Part shown: one piece after another, positions 1 through 8,517 of the stretch
How positions within the stretch are numbered: the first letter of the stretch is position 1
How the letters are laid out: each line of letters opens with the position of its first letter
Assembly (NCBI GenBank): GCA_051942205.1
Contig: JAVECO010000131.1
Location: 46,120 to 66,119, forward strand
Source of the DNA: Coniocarpon cinnabarinum
Taxonomy: Eukaryota
Reading direction: 5' to 3'
DNA length: 20,000 nucleotides
Notes under the pieces: generated by a model
Told to the model about the DNA's origin: nothing
Seen by the model: only the letters and a program-made list of their open reading frames with translations
Database searches by the model: none
Program-made: the position numbers and the translations under genes

Positions 1-1
1 G

Positions 2-415
2 ACGCGTCTCGTCGGTTTCGGCTTGAGACTCAGAAACCTAGGTATTTCAGACCATGGGCTTATTCGTGAACTCTCCGGTCCACTCGCCGGTTCCCTCTAC
101 AGCGGCGAAGGCCACTCCCGTATCTATGACGAAGACGCTGTGTACGACCTTGCGGTCCGCTTAGCCGCTGAAACCGAGTCGTTGGATTCAAACTCGAACC
201 CACATTTAGATGTCAACAACAGCAAGACGGTCGGAGAATCGAATCCGTTCTTTTTGCCGTGGGCTTTACGGGGTGTGCTCGAGGAGGAAGAGGTCAAGTC
301 CCACATGAAGGGAGAGACGGATGAATTACTCAGACTGTTTGAACAGTGGCGGCCTCAGAGCCGGACGCTGAGGGATGTCAGGTTTAGACTTGAGGCTGTG
401 AGGAGTAAGCTTTAG
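2..415 (+). CDS. 3' end of a gene entering from the left edge; hypothetical protein
   Basis: The frame is open from position 2 to TAG at 413-415 (at least 137 codons). The composition is protein-like, with amphipathic-looking segments (DAVYDLAVRLAAE, DELLRLFEQW, TLRDVRFRLEAVRSKL). No family recognised. Confidence 0.5.
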   Translation, partial: TRLVGFGLRLRNLGISDHGLIRELSGPLAGSLYSGEGHSRIYDEDAVYDLAVRLAAETESLDSNSNPHLDVNNSKTVGESNPFFLPWALRGVLEEEEVKSHMKGETDELLRLFEQWRPQSRTLRDVRFRLEAVRSKL

Positions 416-1163
416 CTTGCGGTTGAGGCCTGGTAATCGACATGTGACATGATTGATAAACGCGGAGCTTCAGAGCTGAGGTGGCGAGCCTTGTGTGAAT
501 ACATGTGCAGTTTTGTGCACTTTCACGAGCAGCCTGCTGAGACGTGTTCTGGTGAGAAGAGCTGGCGTTAACGAGGCCGTGATTGGATGGCAACCAGCCA
601 TTTTACGCAGGACATCATGATGAGAAGCCGACACATCTGGCTTTCAAGCCTTTGCAGCGCCCAGCTCGCAAGATCATCGTCCTTGTTTCCCAAAAGCACC
701 GACGAGCGACGCCAGCCACGAGGAGTCCTCTCAACATTAGCATCGCTGGAATACGATATAAGTGAAGGCATCGAGCAATGGCCGATGCCCTCGTCAACGC
801 CCACGGATCTTCAGTTGTGTATGCTCGCGGATGACGTGTCTAGAATCGGCTCGAGCAATTGAATCGCCGACCCGTGCTTTGCAAGAGAAGAAAATGGGAT
901 CGTCGCTCGCTGGGCTACTGCTCCCTCAGAAGACCAATGTCGCCAGTGTATGGCATGAAAGGAGAAGTACCTCACGTTGGGCGGGAAGCCACAATAGCCA
1001 GTCGGGACGTGGACGGTCGCCGAGACCCTCGATCAGCCGCGCTTAATACAACTTGAGTTGAGCCATTTGCGTGCGCACTTGGTAGTGGCTGGCTTCTTGA
1101 CTTTAGCGAGATTGAGGGAAAAGAAGTGGGAAGGTCAACACCGAGGATGTTGGAAGCAAATGG

Positions 1164-1237
1164 ACGAAGCAAATCGACGCACGAAGCAAATCGACGCACG
1201 AAGCCAATCGACGCACAAAGCCAATCGACGCACAAAG
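1164..1237. repeat. 17-bp minisatellite, about 4.3 copies, ACRAAGCMAATCGACGC
   Basis: Units: 1164-1180 and 1181-1197 ACGAAGCAAATCGACGC, 1198-1214 ACGAAGCCAATCGACGC, 1215-1231 ACAAAGCCAATCGACGC, then partial ACAAAG. The units abut with no spacers. Confidence 0.95.
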
Positions 1238-2154
1238 ACCAAAGCGGGACCACGACGTGAAATCGATGCTAGAATATCTGATCACTGGCAGCGACGACGT
1301 TTTCTTCTCCCTTAGTGAATAACCTCAGCACCACAGGTTCCACTTTCATAAAGCTACGAAAAGGAAAAGACTAGGTGTCTGATAGTAGTACCATAATGAA
1401 GAAGCAAATTTCCGGACCAGGTTTTACGTCGATGTCCTAAACAATTCTCTGAAGAACTTGGAATGTCAGATCGGCTTGAGAGAAGAGGTGACATGGCCTT
1501 GATCTGCTATCGCCTGGCGGCGGAAGGTCACATAACTTTTCATACCGCCAGCAACGTGGGGATTAAGTAAAAGACACAACAATGACATGCGATATAGACT
1601 CCATGTGTTGATTTTTGCTATTCTTTTCTGCCGTGGGCTAGTAATTCCAGTCTTCAGCAACTGCAAAAAATCTGTAAACAAGGTCGCTATCATGACTAAT
1701 TCATATACATTAATTAGATGTATGAGGCTTTTTTAGGGCGGCGAGGTGCGATAGCAACTTAAAGGTCTAGAAACCGACGTTCACTCCTGACTTCTACCTC
1801 ACTGTCGTGACACCGATGCACTTTGCGAAAACGGAAGTACTCTATAATAGCTTTGGGAGATGATAGCTCACTGTGCTTGTATTCCCACTGTGTTCCTCTT
1901 TGCCGAGTTTGTGAAGTTCTGATAATTTGTATGTGCTCTGCACAGGCAATCGACTGCGATGGACAGAAGTCTGCTTACTTGAAATCCTTCTGAAGAATTA
2001 GAAAGACGACCAGCGATCGAATGCCTGAAAGAAGTCCTATCACGTTGGTTAAACCCGCACCTGGCGTGTCAGAAGCGAAACTGCCTCCTACAGTACTACT
2101 AATCCCCACTGACTGAGATTTCCATTCTTACATCCTCGTTTCATCGCTGATCAC

Positions 2155-3455
2155 TCAAGAATATCCCGCAATGGTCACACCCTTGACACTCCCCTTGCTG
2201 CCACCCGTAAGGCTGACACCATTGAATTTAAAGTTGCTGCACCCCGTGCCGCAAAGCACATACACTTCCTGCGCCTTGGAGGTTACACTCCCCGTCACAT
2301 CTGAAACCGTCACGCCATCAATCGTCACACCGTTGGTAGGTGTACCAGAGGGCCCACCATTGAGGTAGTCCTGCTGGATGACGATGCCGTAGTCGGTGAT
2401 GCCCGACATCTTGACGCCGCTCCAGGTGACGTTGCTGACGGATCCGGTGGCACCGGAGACGGTCTTGATACGGAGGCCGTTCTGGCCGTTGGTGATGGTC
2501 GAGTCGCGGACGCTTACATTCTCGACGACGTTGTTGGAGCGGCCGCCGACTGAGCCGATGCTGAGACCGTGGGAGCCGTTGCAGGTCATACCGGACATCT
2601 CGATGTTGGTGCCACTGTTGATGGCGACGCAGTCGTCTTGGTTGTTGACCTTGGTGTTGGAAATGCTCACGCCGTTCGAGCTGCCAATATCAAACGCATC
2701 AGTGTTGTGCGCGACACCGTTGGGGCCTGACGCGGCGCCATTGTCAATGGTCAAACCGGAGATGGTCAGGTCGTCGGACTGGATGGACATGAACTGGATG
2801 GGGGCATTTTTGAGGGTGATTCCGTTGATGGTGGAGGAGTCGAGGTTGTGGGCGGAGAAGAACTTGGGTTTCGTGATGCCCCCGTTGGAGCCTTGGCCGT
2901 CCCCTAGGAGCTGAACGTCAACACAAGGCTTTTTTAGAATACTTTCTGAGGAAATAGCAAACCCACAGTATTGAGGGCCATTGCCGTCGATGATGCCGCT
3001 GCCCGTGACGGTGACGCCGGTGCCGGAGATGGAGAGGAGGGGCCCATCCTGAGGATTGTAGTCAGCAACTTGACGGTCGCTCAAATCAACCCAACCCGGC
3101 TGGGCTGATTGCCATCCGGCATCGATAGCCACATGGGTGTACCTCCTGTGGATATCGAGACAGGAGACGACGCTTGATCCGAACTCACCCATTCCTTGTA
3201 GCCAAAGGATGTGGTACCCGTGAACGTCACGGTCGTGCCTTTGGCGAGCTTCTCCAAAGTAAGAGTCTCACCGGCGGGGACCTTGACGTTGTTGACCTCG
3301 ATCGCAGTGGACTTCAAGCATCCCGACACCTGTGAATAGTCGCTGATGACACAAGGGGATGCTGCGTCGGCGCGGGAAGCGAGACTTGGTGCGGCGAGCG
3401 CGCCCTGGGACAGCAGTGCGGCCGCGGCCGCAATGGCAGACGTCTTGACCGACAT
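2155..3455 (-). CDS. Secreted endopolygalacturonase, glycoside hydrolase family 28; exons 3455-3189, 3048-2967, 2903-2155; 365 aa
   Basis: Signal peptide [23 protein letters not shown]28 motifs [49 protein letters not shown] and GLRIKT. Intron 1 is 3188-3049 (GTGAGT..GCTGAC..CAG). Intron 2 is 2966-2904 (GTGGGT..TAG), and its removal restores the TGG Trp codon. Confidence 0.96.
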
Positions 3456-3704
3456 TTTCAGGATCAATTCCTAAAGAATGAATTGAGAGAAGAGTTGAAC
3501 TCAGATGGAGAAGTGAAGCCCAAAGCAGCTGTCAAAGCCGGAAGTGATGTTCTTGCAAAGGAGCGACACGGGCTACAATGGACCTTTTTGTATGTGTATG
3601 TGTCCCACTAAGAAGCAAGAAAGGTAGTATCACAGAGAAAATCCGAGAAGAAAAAGAGCGGCTTCAAGCGTCTAGGCTTGACGTGTACGTAGACGATACG
3701 ACCA

Positions 3705-3722
3705 CAGCAGCAGCAGCAGCAG
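3705..3722. repeat. (CAG)6 microsatellite upstream of the polygalacturonase gene
   Basis: Direct reading of six CAG units. Confidence 0.85.
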
Positions 3723-3766
3723 GAAACTTAAGCTTACATGCGGAGACCCTTATACTGCAGCTCAGG

Positions 3767-4015
3767 TCAAATGACTCCAGCCAGCGAGCTTAAAAGGCAT
3801 CTCAGGGAGGGAAATGAAGCAGGCACTCCACACTTAGCAGGGATGATGCAGCGCTGGGCAGGAGCAGTGCCAGAGGCCGGTTTCAGCGAGGATGATGAAG
3901 TGGATGCAGGGTGGGGGGGAATTGCTTCTAGCGTGAAGGCCTCTCGAGGCGTGACTGTCTCCACATTGGTGGTGGAGAAGGAGGAGGAGGAGAAAGTGGA
4001 AGGTCGGGAGATCAT
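3767..4015 (-). CDS. Candidate small ORF, 82 aa, Ser/Pro/Thr-rich, unknown function
   Basis: ATG lies in a strong fungal context (ATCACAATG), preceded by a pyrimidine-rich leader and a CACGTG cluster. No recognisable domain. Confidence 0.25.
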   Translation of the reverse strand: MISRPSTFSSSSFSTTNVETVTPREAFTLEAIPPHPASTSSSSLKPASGTAPAQRCIIPAKCGVPASFPSLRCLLSSLAGVI

Positions 4016-4161
4016 TGTGATGAGCAGAGCCGCAGTGTGGGATTACGGGGAGGGGGTCGAGACTCGATGGCGGCGAGGATGGGATGACAGCGGCAACTAG
4101 AAAGCGTGTCGAAAGCTTGTCTTGTTGCTCGAGTGGACCTCTTTTTCCCTCTCGTCGAATC

Positions 4162-4402
4162 CACGTGCGGGCATCTAATGAGGCGAGCGGAGAAATTACA
4201 GACGAGAAATGGGAGAGCAGGGAGAGAGCAGGGATGTGGGCGCGAGTCGACGTGTAATTTTAGCCCACCCGGCCGCCGTCGCGCTTGCCCCTTTTCAGTT
4301 GTGGATCGTGAAACTCTAGCGCAGTCCGAGACTTGTCAAATTTCCTGAAATCACGTGTCCTCACAGACGATCAATCACCGAACGCAAACTACATCACGTG
4401 AT
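4162..4402. promoter_or_regulatory. Cluster of CACGTG E-boxes (possible bHLH factor sites)
   Basis: CACGTG at 4162-4167, 4352-4357 (ATCACGTG) and 4395-4400 (perfect palindrome ATCACGTGAT, 4393-4402). A fourth copy lies at 5036-5041. Confidence 0.4.
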
Positions 4403-4560
4403 CAGAGAAAATCTGGCGCCGAAATTTGACGTCCCGCAGCTACAGAGTGCCCATCCATGTGCCTGTGGTCACTTGCAAACGCAGCAGCTTTACATCTGCC
4501 TCGGTGAACCAGCCTCGAGCGGCAACACTACTGTCTGCTTTTGCAAACTTGTGATGGAGG

Positions 4561-4780
4561 TCATTTGCTCTTGGATCCGCTGCCGCCGCTTCCGCCGCTT
4601 CCGCCGCTTCCACCGTTGCCACCCCCTCCACCTCCGTTGCCCTTGCTGCCTCCACTGCCGGTGTTGCCGCCTGTGCCTGTACCGCCTGTGTGAACACCGG
4701 GTCGCAACAACAGCCGGACGAGTGGAAAGCATACCTGTGTTCCCCGTGATCCCGGAAATTGCGGCGTCCCAGAGCCCCAT
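4561..4780 (-). CDS. Spliced glycine-rich microprotein, 56 aa; exons 4780-4735 and 4685-4561
   Basis: ATG in CACACCATGG context after an A-rich leader. Donor AG|GTATGC at 4734 and acceptor CACAG| at 4686 define a 49-nt intron. The spliced product is MGLWDAAISGITGNTGGTGTGGNTGSGGSKGNGGGGGGNGGSGGSGGSGGSGSKSK*. Gly codons vary at the third position (GGC/GGT/GGA/GGG). Confidence 0.62.
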
Positions 4781-6099
4781 GGTGTGGTCAACTTGCGGCC
4801 TTTAACTGGATTTGTCGTTGGTTTGATTCTCGTTCTTCTTGTTGCTGTCTGTCTCTTTCAACACTGAGCTGCAGTGTCGCACGTATTTGTATTCATTGGC
4901 CGCCAGGAGGACGTGGCATCTTTGTTCACACGGGTCGACAGGTCATGATCTGGCAGGAGCTACAGGTGGCACTGATGGCTAGTAGACTCCTCACAAAAGT
5001 AGCTATCGTACCCTGTTAGGCGAACGAGGAATTTTCACGTGTGCCGACAATCGTTGGACATGACAGCTGTCCGATCTTGACGTTGGGATACGTAGATTCG
5101 TCTCCATAAATGCATCAAACGGCTCTCTTCGTTTATCAACAAAGGGCAGACGGCCTTTGGGTTGGATGTAGCCTCCTTAGGGTCAAGTGTAAACCTTGTG
5201 TGACCATTGACCTAAAATGGCAATGGCTTCTTTTTAGCGACAGCTATAGATGTCCCTAAACAACGTGTCTTTTCCCATATGCACTTGCAACTGACGTGCG
5301 CCCCTAGTACAGTCTCTGAAGCCATTCGAGGTGTTTGGTGTGGGCAGTGAACATCCTGACACCCTCGAGGATTTGCGTTCTTGTTGTGATATTGGTTGCT
5401 TTCTCTCAATGAGGAGATAGGTGCAATTTTGTGATGGTTGTGGGGCGAGTTGCGACGGAGTGGACAGTAGTGAGATTCCGTACTCTAGGATACGGCATAG
5501 CTTGCCGGGGGTGTTGCGTTTGACCCAACGCAAACTGTCTTCCCCCCGCAATTGACAAGATGATTGTAGGTCTTTATGAGCAATACGGTCTCCTAAATTT
5601 GCAGCATTGCGATCATGGAAAGCGACAGCCGGCACGATCGATCCTTTTTGAAACCATTCTTCAACTACATACTCCGGTAAGCAAGCGGATACAAGACATG
5701 ACATTTCCCTGAACGAGCAGAGATTTTAAACTTCTGCAGGTCCTTGGTGGTCTGAATTTAGTATGCTGCACTTTTGAAGGCATTGCCGGGGTTGTTCCGT
5801 ATACCACTCCACAAGCAATGTTATGTCTATGTCCTCCCCCAAGACAAATATGAGAACGAACCAGATAGAAAAAGAACAAGAAATGAAAGAATAGAGACGA
5901 AGAGAGAAGGAACGAAACGAACCGAAAGGGAATCTCGACTAACCCGTATGCTCCTCCTGATGACGATCAGTGTAGGGCCGGTCTAAACTAGTTCCTACCT
6001 CTGCTTTCCAACCTACACGACCAGCTGTCCATCGTTACTAGTAATTCTCCCATTACATTATAGAGATCCTGTACATTCCCACTTAATTAACGTCGACCA

Positions 6100-7890
6100 T
6101 CACGAGTCTATTCCGGGCAACGGCACTCCACCCACCGCAGCTTCGTAGACAGGATAAAACAGCGGACACCGATAGCTGACCACACTCGGATCAACCACCG
6201 TCACGCCGCTGCTCCCATCCAAACCAAGCACGCCCAGACTCTCATTGAACCTCCCGATCTCCGGCCAGCCCGGACCACCCATCGGGTTCTTCGCGAAATT
6301 CCCCCACACAGAGTTCATATACTGACTCAACGCGACTTGCTGCGCCGTCGGGGGAATCTGCGTCTGCTGTAGCCCCAGCGGGCCAACATTGGGATTGATC
6401 GGCCCACCGCCGTAGGTCTGGAAGACCGACACAATCTCGGAGGAGTGGTACACGCCGCTACCGTCAAAGATGGTGGTGCTGGGAAAGCTTGCGTTGTACA
6501 GGTATCTCCAGGCGGGTACACCGGCAGCGGCAGTCTGGTTCGCTTGGAGCGCCTGGCCGCACTGGAAGTTGAGATCCGTGTACACGGCGCTGATGAGGTC
6601 GAAGTCGGTGTTCACGCCAGCAATGTCTCCCACAGGACCGTAGGCAGCTTCTATCAGGGGAATCTGCTGCGGTGCCGTAGTGCCGAATGTATTCTGCAGG
6701 AAGGCAGTGAAATTGTTCTGGCCGACCTCGAATACTCGACCTTCTTGATAGTTGGTCCCGCCAAGGATGGGCACGCGCGCGAAATTGCCGGCCGCGCGGG
6801 CCAAAGCACCACTGCCAAAATCCGTGACATTGTCAACAACGGGTTGGAACTCGATGGAATTGTCGTCGATGATTTGGCGAATGGTGTCTACTGGCGCGTT
6901 CCGCACGCAGGTCAGGTTTGACTGGCCGGCGGTGCAATTGAGAGCAGCGGCGAGCTGGGCAAAGGGGGATATCCTGGTGCCGGGCAGCACGCTTCCCGCG
7001 TCGCCGTACGAGGCCTGGCCCGATTCGAGGATGGCGCCTCGGAACGGCGCGTCCTCGGTCGAGTACGACGTGAGGAGCGTGTCCGTCGACAAGGCCCCCG
7101 CGCTCTCCCCGAAGATGGTAACCTTCTTGGGGTCACCGCCAAACTTGTCGATGTTATCCTGCACCCACTGCAGGGCGAAGCGCTGGTCCAGGAATCCGAG
7201 GTTCTGCTCGGTCACTGGCAGCTCGGGCGAGTTGACGAACCCGAACACATTGGTGCGGTAGTTCGGGGCGACAAGGATGACATCCTGATACGCTGCAAAC
7301 GCCGAGCCGTCATACGCCGGCTGGCCAGCGTTGCCAAACTCGAGGCCCCCGCCATAGATCCAGAACAGGACTGCGCGACCGTCAGGTGATGGTGGAGTCG
7401 ATGGCGCGTACACGTTCAAATAGAGACAGTCCTCGCTCTCCTGCGGGGGCGGCTCGTTGAAGACGGACTCGGTGAAATTCCTGGCAGCAGGCGACCCGGT
7501 GAATTGTTGGATGCAGGAGGCACTGAAGGCTGTAGCATCAATGGGGGCGTCAAATTGATCTGGCTGCGATGGCGGTGTGAATCGCTGAGGCGGGCTCTTG
7601 GCGTAGGGCACGCCGAGAAACTTGTTCACAGGCGCCGTCGCCGTGGGTAGGCTGGTGGTTGTTCCAGCGACTTGGCCGTATGGGAGCGTGACGGTGGCTG
7701 CGAGACTGCTTGCCGAGTCTGCGGCGGTGTCAGAGCCAGGATCAGAGCCTGCATTGATTCTTGTGTTTAGCAGGAAATCATGACAACGTAAGTGTTCTCA
7801 TCATTTCATACCTCTGCGGACGACGCCCGGCACAGCTGAAGCCAATGGCAACGTTGCTAAGAGCGCTATCGACGCAATCCTGAATGCCAT
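6100..7890 (-). CDS. Secreted type-B carboxylesterase/lipase (COesterase family, alpha/beta hydrolase); exons 7890-7812, 7748-6100; 575 aa
   Basis: Signal peptide MAFRIASIALLATLPLASA. A 63-nt intron at 7811-7749 (GTATGA..CTAAAC..CAG). Motifs FLGVPYA, SEDCLYLNV, WIYGGG (oxyanion hole), NYRTNVFGF, GFLDQ, FGGDP, GESAG (nucleophile Ser), NYQEG (acid) and YHSSEI (His). Confidence 0.95.
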
Positions 7891-8517
7891 CTTGACAGCG
7901 CACTTCAATGCAGCACGTACGGACAAGCCCAGCCTCCACCATCGAGGCCTCGCAGCTTTTTGAGAGCTGCCATCGCTCCCCTCTTCACGACATGACGTCC
8001 GTCAACGATTGTTCCTGACCAGGGTGTTCGGCAAGAAGGCGACATGTAGCCGGCGTATCTCGGTTCATGAAGAAGCGCAACCAACTCTCACTGGCCATTG
8101 GCACGCCTTAGCAGCCGGAGCCTCTGAGCTATAGTCGTTCTTGACAACAAAAAGTGGCCCACCCGCCTGCCGCTAGAAGCATTGGCGATAGGGAGCTAGG
8201 CAGCTTGCGGCAAGGAGATCGGTCCAAGTGCGGAGAAGACGGGACAACCTTGGCTATGACTTATTTTCCGGAGCGAGATCGAGCTTCCGCGGCTTACATT
8301 GGACAAGAAAGGAAGATAATTTTGGGAATGATGTTTCAATTTTGTTGAAAATGTTCACCAGGAAGCTGAATCTATGTAATAGGGGGCTTAAGAAACAAAG
8401 TACCACCGTGAGAGTCATGAAATCGTCCGAGGCCGTTTGACCGACTTCGGGATATGCCATAGCAGCGCGACGAGACTACAATGAATGACGGAAAGTAATT
8501 CATTGAATGTTTGTCGT

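Noticed and set aside
1164..1237. CRISPR-like repeat array
   Set aside because: The units are contiguous with no unique spacers, and the context is eukaryotic.
568..1315. Cluster of short ORFs on both strands
   Set aside because: No motifs, no consistent splice model, and partly produced by the minisatellite.
2171..2914. Plus-strand ORFs of 65 and 172 aa
   Set aside because: Antisense shadows of the codon-biased GH28 gene.
3049..3192. N-terminus MGEFGSSVV... of the 345-aa ORF as the true polygalacturonase start
   Set aside because: It lies almost entirely in intron 1. The signal peptide and VPAG motif are in the upstream exon.
4398..4805. Cys/Arg-rich plus-strand ORF resembling a metallothionein or protamine, and the Ala/Glu-rich minus ORF 4440-4697
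   Set aside because: Alternative readings of the Gly-codon repeats. Both begin at GTG and lack supporting signals, unlike the spliced ATG model.
6327..7261. Several overlapping ORFs inside the esterase gene
   Set aside because: Frame and antisense shadows of a GC3-rich coding sequence.
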